Source: Rebecca billardiae RCC1528
Taxonomy: Eukaryota; Protista; Haptophyta
Length of the DNA: 64,000 bases
NCBI GenBank assembly: GCA_965240325.2
Contig: OZ251247.1
Coordinates: 434,001 to 498,000 of the forward strand
Direction: 5' to 3'
Position numbers and translations under genes: made by a program. The notes under the pieces are model-generated. The model made no database searches. It was not told the origin of the DNA and saw only the letters and a list, made by a program, of their open reading frames with translations. Below, piece by piece: positions 47,949 through 59,122 of the stretch (positions are counted from its first letter, which is position 1; each line of letters opens with the position of its first letter).

Positions 47949-49442
47949 TCAGCCAGAGGGAGAGGCCAGCGGGGCACCCATGCGCGGCAGCTGCTGGATG
48001 CGCGTGGGCGTCCGCAGCAACCCTGCACGGGCGGCCATGCTCACTCCTTGGCCGAGCGCGGCCGATTGCTGGCCGCACGAGTACACGCTGCCGTCAGCTG
48101 TCACAAACAGGGCGTGGGTGTCGCCGAGCGCGCACCCGACCACGTCCACGTGGGCGAGCGCGCCGACCCGCCCACTGGACGCAGACACCGCGGTCGTGGT
48201 GTGCCCCAGCAGGCCGTACCGGTTGTCCCCAAACGTGTGCACGCTGCCGTCCGCGCCCAGCACCGCGCTGCCGCCCATGCCCGCGCACGCGCGCACGGCG
48301 CGCACGCCCGCCAGCGCCGGAATGCACCTGGGCACGCACTCGAATGGTTCGCAGCCAGGGCCAAGCTGCCCAGCATAGTGCCCATACCCGAACGCGTGCA
48401 CCCCACCCGCCGCGTCCACCACCAGGCTGTGCTCACAGCCCGCGCTCACGTGCACGGCGCGCACGCCCGCGAGCGCCTCGATGCGCCTCGGCGTGTGTTG
48501 ATGCTGCTCGTCGCCGTGGCCGAGACGGCCGTAGTAGCCATCGCCAAACGAGTAGACGGTGCCGTCGACAGAGAGCAGTAGCGTGTGGTAACGCCCCACT
48601 GACATGCCGCCCACGCGCACGCCGTCCAGCGCCTCGATGCGCGTCGGCTCCCACCGCTGCTCCGTGTCGCCGTGGCCGAGCTGGCCGAGCTGGTTGTCGC
48701 CCCAGCTGTACGCACACCCAGCGGCGGTGAGGGCGAGGCTGTGGGCGGCACCCGCGCCGATGCACGCAACGAGCGTGCCCCTCATGACGTCGATCGGAGC
48801 GAACGACCGTCGCGTCCGCGTGTCGCCCAGCCCGAGCTGGCCGTTGTCGTTGTCGCCGCAGCCGTACACGGTGCCAGCATCGCTCAGCGCGAGCAGGTGG
48901 GCACAGCCTGAGGCCACGGAGCACACGCGCACTGCGCAGAGCGAGGCAATGCGCGTCGGCACGAGCACCTCGCTCATACGGACGTGGCCTAGAGCCACGT
49001 GAGGACCGTACTCGCCCGTGAACCAATGCCCATCCTCGTCCAGCTCCCCCTCCTCGCCGCACGTGTGCAGCCCGCCCTCCGCGTCCACAAACGCGCTGAA
49101 GCTATGGCCGGCCGCCACGGGAGACGCGTGCTCGCTAGCAAGCACGAGCACGCTCTCGCGTGCAAAGAGCTCCTCCGTCCAGCTGCGCACGCCCGCCGGC
49201 AGCTCGGTCGGCAGCGCGCGCGCGTGCCCGCGAGCACGAGCGCGCTCGCGCAGCGCGTGCTCGACCGGCGAGCGGCCGCCGGGCGCGCCGCGGAAGAGGC
49301 TCGAGGCGGCGTTGGCCGCGGCGAGGTCCGGGGGCGCCAGGCCAGCGGAAAGAAGCCGCCCGATCAACTCCGCGGGCAGGTCGGCGAGACGCGTCGCCGC
49401 CGTCGCCGAGCGCTGGTGGTGCGTCGTCGTGGTGGAGGTCAT
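47949..49442 (-). CDS. F-box + RCC1-repeat protein, copy 10
   Basis: Intact ORF. N-terminus almost identical to copy 7. Confidence 0.88.
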   Translation of the reverse strand: MTSTTTTHHQRSATAATRLADLPAELIGRLLSAGLAPPDLAAANAASSLFRGAPGGRSPVEHALRERARARGHARALPTELPAGVRSWTEELFARESVLVLASEHASPVAAGHSFSAFVDAEGGLHTCGEEGELDEDGHWFTGEYGPHVALGHVRMSEVLVPTRIASLCAVRVCSVASGCAHLLALSDAGTVYGCGDNDNGQLGLGDTRTRRSFAPIDVMRGTLVACIGAGAAHSLALTAAGCAYSWGDNQLGQLGHGDTEQRWEPTRIEALDGVRVGGMSVGRYHTLLLSVDGTVYSFGDGYYGRLGHGDEQHQHTPRRIEALAGVRAVHVSAGCEHSLVVDAAGGVHAFGYGHYAGQLGPGCEPFECVPRCIPALAGVRAVRACAGMGGSAVLGADGSVHTFGDNRYGLLGHTTTAVSASSGRVGALAHVDVVGCALGDTHALFVTADGSVYSCGQQSAALGQGVSMAARAGLLRTPTRIQQLPRMGAPLASPSG

Positions 49443-49527
49443 GATGAGGGCCTGGGTACCGCCGGGTTCGGCGGATGTCATCCGCCCGGGCCGGGTCCAG
49501 CCGCGCCGCAACCAGCAGCAGTAGTCG

Positions 49528-50553
49528 CAAGGGAGGTCCGGGCCGGGAGCTCCCAGCGAGCGGCCAGCGCGACGTCACTGCAAAGTTTTCCCTGAGCGCC
49601 GGGCGGCGGCAGCGGCGAGGGCGAGTGCTCCGCTGGCGGGGCGCGACAGCGCTGCGGGCGCGGATGTGCCCGCAGAGCCGGCGCGCGCGGACGGGCTGTT
49701 GCGGGAGAGCACTCGGCGCCCTCCTGCGCCGCGCGTCTTGCGCCACGCCTCTTTCGCCTCGGCTCAGGGCAGCGCGCACATGCGCGCCGCGTCAAGGCCA
49801 GCCTTGCCTGCGCCGCAGCCGACCGCGCGCGCGCCGTGCGCGGCGTGGTCGGGAAGGAACGGGCGCTGCCGCGGGGCGAGGTGGCGACACCATGCGCGCA
49901 CGCCATGCCGCCCCGCCACGCCTTGACGAGCGTGTCGTCGGTCCGTTTGCATGCCTCTTTGACTTGTCACAAATGGTGTGCACGGCCTCGCGGTCGTGAC
50001 CCTTGTCAGGACGATCATTGAGACGCAGAACAGTGCCAGACGGGCGCGCGGGCTACTCTTACATGGATATTCATCACCGTGTGGTCAAGTAGAGGTGCTG
50101 GATGCGACGCTTTCCTCGCGCTGATGCTCTTTCATCATCTTCTTCGAGCTCAGGTCCGTGGCTTGGCACGACAAGTGATCAGCACTCGTCAACAGCTGTG
50201 CAGATCTATTGCCGTGCCCTTTCGCGGCATCACGGGGCGGCATGGCGTGCGCGCATGGTGTCGCCACCTCGCCCCGCGGCAGCGCCCGTTCCTTCCCGAC
50301 CACGCCGCGCACGGCGCGCGCGCGGTCGGCTGCGGCGCAGGCAAGGCTGGCCTTGACGCGGCGCGCATGTGCGCGCTGCCCTGAGCCGAGGCGAAAGGGG
50401 CGTGGCGCAAGACGCGCGGCGCAGGAGGGCGCCGAGTGCTCTCCCGCAACAGTCCGTCCGCGCGCGCCGGCGCTGCGGGCACATCCGCGCCCGCAGCGCT
50501 GTGCCCCGTCGCGCTGGCCGCTCGCTGGGAGCTCCCGGCCCGGACCTCCCTTG
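49528..50553. mobile_element. Foldback non-autonomous transposon, P-element-like (CAAGG ends, 7-bp TSD)
   Basis: Inverted arms 49528-49915 and 50233-50553; the left arm has a ~70-bp extra segment. TSD GTAGTCG at 49521-49527 and 50554-50560. Empty paralogous site with a single GTAGTCG at 44275-44281. Confidence 0.9.
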
Positions 50554-50756
50554 GTAGTCGTCAATGTTCTTGATCACGACTTATAGTCTGGACGAATGCA
50601 TGCATGTACAACACACATACAGTTGATGACGAAAGTACACTCGCACAGCCCGCCTCATGACATGTCGTCTTCACCGTAGCAGCGGGCTATGCCCACCCAA
50701 TGTCACGTGCCTCACGGTGGGCGGCGGGTCCAGCCACCGCCCAACGCGCCGCGCAG

Positions 50757-52244
50757 TCAGCAGCGCCCCAGCACGCGCGGCAGCCCGTCGATCAGCATCG
50801 GCAAGCCGTCTCCGCTCCGCAGCCCTGGCGGCAGCTGCTCCTCGGGGCCGGCCGCACTCACCCCCTGGCCGAGGGCAGCGCCCACACGCCCAGCTGAGTA
50901 CACGCGCCCGCCTGCCGTCACGAAGAGCGAGTGCCTGCCGCCAAACGCGCAGCCGGTTATCCGCTCTTGCACACGGATCCGACTGGGAGCGGGACACTGC
51001 GACCCCGCCGGTGCCCCTGACCCAAGCTGGCCGTGCCCGTTGCGCCCAAACATGTGCACGCTGCCGTCCGCGCACACCACAGCGCTGCAGCATGAGCCAG
51101 CGCACGCGCGGACCGCGCACATGCCTGCAAGGGCCTCAATGCACGCGGGGGCGACATAGCCGCACGGCTCACCATACCCGAGCTCCCCAAAGCTGCCAGA
51201 GCCACACGAGTACGCGGCACCTTCTGCGTCCACCACCAGGCTGTGCTCACCGCCCGCGCTCACGTGCACGGCGTGCACGCCAGCGAGCGCCTCGATGTGC
51301 CTCGGCGTGGGCTGATGCTGCTCGTCGCCGTGGCCGAGACGGCCAAAGTAGCCGCAGCCGCACGAGTAGACGGCGCCATGCGCGGAGAGAAGCAGCGTGT
51401 GCTCAACGCCCGCGGCCACGCCACCCACGCGCACGCCGTCCAGCGCCTCGATGCGCGTCGGCTCCCACCGCTCCTTCTTGTCGCCGTGGCCGAGCTGGAC
51501 GCCGAGGTTGCAGCCCCAGCTGTACGCGCACCCAGCGGCGGTGAGCGCGAGGCTGTGGTAGCCGCCCGCGGCGATCGCGACGACGGATTCGCGCGCGAGC
51601 GGGTAGACCTCGACGAACGAGCGCCGCTCCTCCCTGTCCCCCAGTCCCAGCTGGCCGCTTTCGTTGTCGCCGCAGCCGTACACGGCACCGTCGTCACTCA
51701 GCGCGAGCAGGTGGGAGTCGCCTGCTGCTACCGCAACCACGCACACCGCGGAGAGCGAGGCGACGCGCATCGGCACGAGCACCGGCGGGACGTCTGTGTG
51801 GCCGATCGCTATGTGCGCCCGAGACTCGACCATCAGCTCCCCGTCCTCGTCCACCTCCTCCACCTCCTCCTCGCCGCACGTGTGCAGCCCGCCCTCCGCG
51901 TCCAAAAACGCGCTGAAATGATAGCCGGCCGTCACCGCTGATGCGTGCGCGCGCGCGCGCACCCGCACACCCTCGCGCGCAAAGAGCTCCTCCGTCCAGC
52001 TCCGCACGCCCGCCGGCAGCTCGGTGGGCAGCGCGCGATCGTGCCCGCGAGCACGAGCGCGCTCGCGCAGCGCGTGCTCGACCGGCGAGCGGACGCCGGG
52101 CGCGCCGCGGAAGAGATTCGAGACGGCGTTAAGAGCGGCAAGGTCACGCGGCCGGCCGACCGCGAGCAGGATGCGCTCGATTACCTCGGCGGGCAGGTCC
52201 GAAAGCCGAGGCGCCGCTGTCGCCGCCGCGCCTTGCGTCGTCAT
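50757..52244 (-). CDS. F-box + RCC1-repeat protein, copy 11
   Basis: Intact ORF from MTTQGAA. Middle and C-terminus close to copy 8. Confidence 0.88.
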   Translation of the reverse strand: MTTQGAAATAAPRLSDLPAEVIERILLAVGRPRDLAALNAVSNLFRGAPGVRSPVEHALRERARARGHDRALPTELPAGVRSWTEELFAREGVRVRARAHASAVTAGYHFSAFLDAEGGLHTCGEEEVEEVDEDGELMVESRAHIAIGHTDVPPVLVPMRVASLSAVCVVAVAAGDSHLLALSDDGAVYGCGDNESGQLGLGDREERRSFVEVYPLARESVVAIAAGGYHSLALTAAGCAYSWGCNLGVQLGHGDKKERWEPTRIEALDGVRVGGVAAGVEHTLLLSAHGAVYSCGCGYFGRLGHGDEQHQPTPRHIEALAGVHAVHVSAGGEHSLVVDAEGAAYSCGSGSFGELGYGEPCGYVAPACIEALAGMCAVRACAGSCCSAVVCADGSVHMFGRNGHGQLGSGAPAGSQCPAPSRIRVQERITGCAFGGRHSLFVTAGGRVYSAGRVGAALGQGVSAAGPEEQLPPGLRSGDGLPMLIDGLPRVLGRC

Positions 52245-52392
52245 GATCGCTGGCGTTCGGGCGAAGACGGTTGGTCGGCCGTGCTTCCGGACTCCGGCAC
52301 CGTCGACCTGCGCTCGTTGCAGTACATGGCCCAGCACGGTCGTGCTACTAGTACTACGGTCTGCACTCTACTAAAGCGCGACTCGAACCCGA

Positions 52393-52960
52393 GCGTTCGG
52401 ATGGTCCAGCCAGCACTCGTCCCAGCGCTGCCGGCTGCGGCGTGTCGTGCAGTCCGCGTCGGCAGCGGCCGGCTCTGCTCCATGATCGTCCAGCTGGCAT
52501 CGAACCGTCTTGCTGCACGTCCGCTGATGTTCGCCTCGGATGCGGCCGCGCGCCGCCGCTCGAGCTCGCCCTTCATCGTTGGGCGCGACGAAAAGCGCCG
52601 CCTTGCTGTTGAGGCGGGCGTGCCTTCGCCTCGGCCTTTGGGTGATGGTGTGCTCGCGACGTCGGCGTTGTCGGGGCGGTCGAGCCGGCGGGCAAAGGGA
52701 GGCCGTCAAAGTCGACGAGCGTTCGCTCGCGCGACGCGAGCGCGGGCGTTCGGATGGTCCAGCCAGCACTCGTCCCAGCGCTGCGGCGTGTCGTGCGCGG
52801 TCCGTCCGGGCAGCGGCCGGCCCGCCGCAGAGCCGAAGGCCAGCTCTGCACGGACAGGCACTGCTCCATGATCGTCCAGCTGGCATCGGACCGTCTCGCT
52901 GCACATCCGCTGACGTTCGCCTCGGATGCGGCCGCGCGCCGCCGCTCGAGCTCGCCCTTC
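52393..52960. repeat. Imperfect direct duplication (~52393-52574 and ~52746-52960)
   Basis: Shared CGTTCGGATGGTCCAGCCAGCACTCGTCCCAGCGCTGC...GCTCGAGCTCGCCCTTC. Confidence 0.8.
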
Positions 52961-54252
52961 GGCTGTCGGCACTAGACAGGGACGATGGCAGCTCAGCATG
53001 AGATGACAATGTGATGCCGCAGCTCGAGCACGTGCAGGGCGCGCGGGTGGCTTGCCAACCGCGTGCTATGACCGGCGTTGGCCTTGCCAGCTGCATTACC
53101 TGTATGACAACGCGCCGACCTCGAGCGCACGGTCGCGCGGGGCCGAACTGAACACAATATCGGCAGCACTCTCACGCATACAAGCCGCCTCACACAGTTG
53201 TCAACGCAGCCGGCCCGGCACGACTCGACGGGCACGACTGCCACGACTCACGAGCGGGGGCTCCGCTCCGAGTTGCCTCCTTGTCCCGAATGCTGTGGTG
53301 CCCGCATGATCCTTTGTCCGATGGGCCGGCCGCGCCCGCCCGGGACGAGCGGGGCAGAACAGCCTAGTGATGGTACTACGACGACAGTCGACACGCTGCC
53401 AGCAGCCCACCCGTTCAGGCGACCCGACCTAACTCACACGAGTCCGGGGCGGAATTATGCGTACCCGGTACGCATAATTCCGCCCGGACACAGTGGCGCG
53501 CAGTGCGCGCCACTGCGAGATGAGCGCCAAGACCCGTCGCGCCGCCCGTCGCGCGTGTCGTCTGCGGCGGCTGGCATGGCCGTGGCGACGGCGCATCGCG
53601 GTCATCATTTGAAGAACTGCTCAAGGGACATCCGGCTCTGCAGAAGTGTGCCGCATCAGCCTCTTCTCCGCTTCTGAGCACTACTCGACTGCCACCGACC
53701 GAGAAGGCCAAACGTTGCCTACCGCGCCCGCTTCTGTCCGCGACATGCGCTTGAGTCGTGGCTTGAACCGGTGCGCATGGGGCTGGCATATATGTTCCGT
53801 CTCTTCACGGGAAGCCCGCGTCTTGCCCTTGCAGCACATCCGGTGCGATGAAGCGACGGCGCAAGCACCGCCAGCCGCAACGGCATGCAGACGCATGGAC
53901 GTACGCAGTGACCATGGGCGCAGAAGAGGCTACGGAGGCGAGCCATGAGCGTCAGAAGGGGCCAGTAGGTGCGACCAGACGTACCCGCCTCGCGCGCCGT
54001 CGCCCAGCCTTCGTCTTCACTGCGGCGCGCACGCGGGGCCGGAGGCCGCGCACGCCACTGGCAGGGCCACTTTACCGGCGCGCAGCCGGAAGCCATTTCA
54101 ACTGAAATGTTTTCCGCGAGCGCCGCGGGCCAACCCCCAGATCCGACCCGACAGCGGGCGCCTGAACGGGTGGAATGCCGCCGACCACCCATCCATCAGA
54201 CTCCAAAGTGCTGCCGACACACACAGTGGCATGCATCACCACGTGGCAGTGA

Positions 54253-55755
54253 TCAGCCAGAGGGAGAGTGAGAGGCTAGCGGGGTGTCGACACGTGGCAG
54301 CTGCTCGATGCGCGTGGGCGTCCACAGCGGCCCCGCACGGGCGGCCATGCTCATGCCGTGGCCGAGCGCTGCCGAGTGCTGGCCGCACGAGTACACACAT
54401 CCGTCCTCTGTCACGTACAGCGCGTGAGCACTGCCGACCGAACAGCTGGTTACACGTGCGTGCTCCAGCGCGTGCACACGCTCCGGCGCCGTCACCTCCA
54501 TGGGCCTGCGCCCCAGCCCCAGCTGGCCACTGCGGTGGTCCCCGAACGTGTGCACGCTGCCGTCCGCGCCCAGCACCGCGCTGCCGAAGGAGCCAGCGTA
54601 CGCTCGCACTGCGCGCACGCCCGCCAGCGCCGCAACGCGCCTAGGCATGCGCTCGGATGATAAGCCGCCGAGGCCAAGCTGTCCATCGCGCCCATACCCG
54701 AACGAGTGCACCCCGCCCGCCGCGTCCACCACCAGGTTGTGCCCACTGCCGGCGCTCACGTGCACGGCGCGCACGCCCGCGAGCGCCTCGATGCGCCTCG
54801 GCGTGAGCTGACGCTGCTGGTCGCCGTGGCCGAGCACGCCACCCAAGCCATCGCCCCATGAGTAGACAGCACCACGTGCGGTCAGCAGTAGCGTGTGCGC
54901 ACGCCCTGCTGAAAGTCCGCCGATGCGCATGCCGTCCAGAGCCTCGATGCGAGTCGGCTCCCACCGGTCCTTCGTGTCACCATGGCCGAGCTGGCCCCCG
55001 TCGTTGCAGCCCCAGCTGTACGCACACCCAGCGGCGGTGAGCGCGAGGCTGTGGTAGAAGCCAGCGGCGATGCCGACAGTGGCCTCACCCGCGAGCGCCT
55101 GAACGTGCGCGAATGCACGCCTCTTGTCGTCATCACCCAGCCCAAGCTGGCCGTACTCGTTGTCGCCGCAGCCGTACACGGTGCCGGCATCGCTCAGCGC
55201 GAGCAGGTGGCCCCAGCCTGCGGCCACAGATCGCACGCGCACCGCGGAGAGTGAGGCCACGCGCGTCGGCCGACACAGCACCGCCACATCGGGATGGCCC
55301 AGTGCAGCGGGTGCTCGATAATACTCGCCAGTCAGCAGCCCGGTGTTCTCGTCCTGCGCCGTCTCCTCACCGCACGTGTGCAGCCCGCCCTCCGCGTCCA
55401 CAAACGCGCTCAGCCAGCGGTGCAAGAGCTCCCCACCGGCAGCGACGGGCAGCGCGTGCATCTGCGCCAGATCGATCACACGCTCGCGCGCAAACAGCTC
55501 CGCCGTCCACGTCGACGCACACGCCGGCAGCTCGGTGGGCAGCGCGCGATCGTGCCCGCGAGCACGAGCGCGCTCGCGCAGCGCGTGCTCCACCGGCGAG
55601 CGGCAGCCGGGCGCGCCGCGGAAGAGGCGCGAGGCGGCGTTGGCGGCGGCGAGGTGTCGAGGCGAGTCAAGTGCGAGCAGGATGCGCTCGACGACCTCGG
55701 CGGGCAGGTCAGCCAGCCGCGGCGCCGCCGTCGCCGCGACTTGCGTCGTCGTCAT
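54253..55755 (-). CDS. F-box + RCC1-repeat protein, copy 12
   Basis: Intact ORF from MTTTQVAA with F-box and RCC1 motifs. Confidence 0.88.
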   Translation of the reverse strand: MTTTQVAATAAPRLADLPAEVVERILLALDSPRHLAAANAASRLFRGAPGCRSPVEHALRERARARGHDRALPTELPACASTWTAELFARERVIDLAQMHALPVAAGGELLHRWLSAFVDAEGGLHTCGEETAQDENTGLLTGEYYRAPAALGHPDVAVLCRPTRVASLSAVRVRSVAAGWGHLLALSDAGTVYGCGDNEYGQLGLGDDDKRRAFAHVQALAGEATVGIAAGFYHSLALTAAGCAYSWGCNDGGQLGHGDTKDRWEPTRIEALDGMRIGGLSAGRAHTLLLTARGAVYSWGDGLGGVLGHGDQQRQLTPRRIEALAGVRAVHVSAGSGHNLVVDAAGGVHSFGYGRDGQLGLGGLSSERMPRRVAALAGVRAVRAYAGSFGSAVLGADGSVHTFGDHRSGQLGLGRRPMEVTAPERVHALEHARVTSCSVGSAHALYVTEDGCVYSCGQHSAALGHGMSMAARAGPLWTPTRIEQLPRVDTPLASHSPSG

Positions 55756-56068
55756 CGATCGGCTTGGCGCTCGGAGGGCGAAGGCGGTTGGCCAGCAGTC
55801 CGGCTGATGGACAACGGACAACAGGCCAACAGCCCTCAGTCACTGCTGCAGCCGGACCGTGCCGGACCAGCCCCCACACCTCCCATCCACCGCTTGTCGG
55901 GGGGGGCGTCCGCGGGGCGTAGGTCCGGGTCTGCAGACTGCCTCAGTCGCCGGACATCATCAGCTACTTGCGGCCGGACGGGGAGGGGAGGACGGGCGCC
56001 AGTGGCAGCCGCGGGCCAACTAACGACGGCACGGCGGGCTGACATCAGTATAAGAGTACTCTGGGAAA

Positions 56069-58070
56069 TAGGTGGGTCCCTGGCGATTTTCCAGCGGTCT
56101 TTTAAACATTTACCGGGTTCTCTGGCCGGATTTCTTTCGCGCGGGGCGCGGCTCGGGAAAATCGCCGGGCCGCCGGCCGAGGTCCGATCTGAACGCTCCC
56201 GACGATGTCGGAGTGCCTCTCCAGCGCGACCGAGCCGCCGTGTGTCGGGTAGACTACTGCCAACACCTATCGCGCGCTCCAGCGCTTTGCGCGTGCTCAC
56301 GGATGGGATCCGTGGTCACACATCCCCCGCCTGGCACGTGCCCGCATGTTTGACTCTCGCCCGGCTAGACGCGTACAGACAACTTGAATCGATCGGCAGG
56401 TGTTCGACCCGTGCCTTCGAGCAGGGTCACTTTTCGCTACAGGCGGGTCAGGCGACGGGAGGCATGGGTCACCATCAGGCATGTGCATACTCTTGACGCT
56501 CCCGCCATCTTGAGCAGCTCTACGCACCGTGAAGGTGACAATTGGGCTGCGCGCAAGCTGCTCGTGAGAACGCACGACAGCCAGCCCCGGGCTCTCGGGG
56601 AGCCATGTGAGCGATTGGCGACTTCCGAGAGGGCGTGTTTGGTGGGGGTTGGTACCAATCATCGACCAGCAGGCCTGGGATGGGTGCACTGAGGACTTGG
56701 GATGCTGAGAAGCCGCCGCGATGTGCATCGAGCACGCTGACTTGCCATCCGTGTGCACGATCCAGCGCCAGGAAGATCAGCAGGGCCTTTGACAGCGGCA
56801 GCAGGCGCTCAGCGATCCTTCCCTATGCCGAGTGTGGGCATAATATGCGGTGCTCGAGCGTGGTCGCAGGATATGGGTCCATTCTTGACAGAACGCGGTC
56901 GCGTTGACAGGCGCGGGTGCCACCCCACGCTGTTGCTCCTGCCATCGGGTGGTCCCACTCGTTCCGCTTGTTATCTGCGAAGACTCGTACTCAGCAAATC
57001 TACGGCTAGGCGTGGCAGACCCCTCAGACGCATGTCTGATGATTGCCCGGCACGTTCTCGTCGTCACGTTGGGTGTACTTGAGCGAGCGGAAGCCGCAAC
57101 GTGATGGCTAGGCCAGCAGCTCAACCATCTGACGTCTCGCCGGCCAACTGGCTGAGTGCTCTCAGCCTAGCAGCAGCGTCGGTGAACCTATCGTATTGCT
57201 GCCTGGCGAGAAGATGGTAGGAGGCATCGTCGGCGGCATGGGCTGCAGCTGCGGTAGTCGTGGACTGGTGGAGGCCTCACGCGGGTGGGCATACGACGAC
57301 CGGTGACACGCGGAGTACGAGCACGGAAGCCGCTGAACGCGGCAACTAGCTCCGGCGGTGGCGTTGGCTGATAGTCCAGCCTCGACGGCGGAGGGCTCCC
57401 GTGTGACGACGGTGGCATGCTCGGTGGCGGGCGATGGTGTGTGCCTCGGCACGCAGCCCGCCACAAACACTGCCACTCGCAGGCAGTCCGCCGGTTGCGG
57501 CCCGGGTTGCCCGTGTCCGCGTCGCTCCGGGCGCCTATTCGATGACCCAACAAACGTACCCACTTATCGGAACGAATTTGAATATATAGTGAACCGCATC
57601 CACGGTCAATATAAAGTGGGTAACACTCGTACTATATACGGGTAATAAGTGGTTATATATATAAAGTGGGTAATATGCTCGATCTTGCTGTAGTTTCAAG
57701 TTTGTTGGAGGTATCAGCGCACAGCATAGAGCCCCACTCTTTGCTTCATAAAATGGTTCGGTCGGGTGTCAACGGTTGCCAATAAGTCGTTCCGATCGCA
57801 TGTCGCCATCTAGCCACCATAACCATCAAGTAACGCTTCGCAAAATCTCTATGTGACACTAGTGGCGCGGCGCGCGCGCGCTCGGCCGCGCGACGGCACG
57901 CGGAGTAGGTTTTCGGAGGTCGAAACTTTTGCTCCGCCCCGATGGGACGCATTTATAGCGTCGTCGATTCTGGGTGAGAGACGAAATCTAGGACGCCATT
58001 CTGAGTGCGCCAGAACATCGCCCCAGTTGGGAGGGACCCACCTATGGGAAAATCGCCAGGGACCCACCTA
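56069..58070. mobile_element. Decayed TIR DNA transposon (24-bp IR including terminal TA)
   Basis: TAGGTGGGTCCCTGGCGATTTTCC at 56069-56092 and its exact reverse complement at 58047-58070. Extra AGGGACCCACCTA at 58032-58044. Lower-GC interior with no intact ORF. The TA may be the TSD. Confidence 0.8.
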
Positions 58071-58127
58071 AGTCTGTCTGTCTGAGTAGCAGCAGCAATC
58101 AAAGCCCGCGGACGGACGGGGCAGCAG

Positions 58128-58675
58128 TCAGCCGGACTCGGCCGCGTCAGACGTCTCAGACGAGAGCAGCGCGGTGCGCGGGCACGGCGCGACGAGCTTG
58201 AGCGACACCGGCAGCACCTCCGGATCCACGCCGCCGCCGCCATGGCTGCCGCCGCCGCCGCTGTGCGCGCTGTGCGCCGAGCAGGCGGAGGCGGCGCCGA
58301 AGGAGGAGGACGAGGCGGCCATGCTGCCGCCCTCGCTGCCGCCGCTGCTGCTGCTGCTGCCGCCGCTGCCCGCGCGCGCCCCCGCCGTCGCCGAGCCGCG
58401 CAGCGGCGGCGGCGCGGCCAGGCACCCGCCGGCCGCCGCCGGCGCCGTCTGCTGCCGCCGGCACTGCGGCTGCGCGCCGCTGCCGCCGCCGCCGACGGCC
58501 GGGCTGCCGCCGCTGTGGCCGCCGCCGTGGCCGGCGGCGGCGGCGGCTTCGAGGGCGAAGGCGTCGGTCGGCGTGGAGGGCGGCGTGCGCGGCGGGCCGA
58601 AGCGCATGCCCAGCCCCACGCCCTCGCGCAGCCCCCCCAAGAAGCCACCACCGCCACCATGGCCGCCGCCAAACC

Positions 58676-58706
<31 letters not shown>

Positions 58707-59091
58707 AGCAGGCGTGGGCGGCGCGGAGTGCGACGAGTGCGCCGCGCCGCCGTCCCCCCCCGCGCGCGGCAGCAGCTGGAGCAGGCTGCCCTGGATGCCG
58801 CGCGCGACGGGCGAGGCCACCGGCGGCAGCCACACGCCGCCGCTCGCGTCGGCGCCGCCGCGCCCACCGCCGCCGCTCGGCGGCGGCGCCGCCGCAAAGC
58901 CGCGCCCGGCGGCGGCGGCGGCGGCGGCGGCCGCGGCTGAAGGCGTGTAGGGGGGTGTGTGCTCTGCGGCGGTGGGCCCGGCGGAGCCGGCGGAGCTGCT
59001 CGTGCTGGCACTGCTCCCGCCGCTCGGCACGTGGCTGCACGTGCCGCCGTACCCGCCGCCGCACCCGCCGCACCCGTCCGCGCCGCCGCAC

Positions 59092-59122
<31 letters not shown>

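Noticed and set aside
52371-53400. Cys-rich minus-strand ORFs as a gene
   Set aside because: Fragmented across frames with no recognisable domain; recorded only as a duplication.
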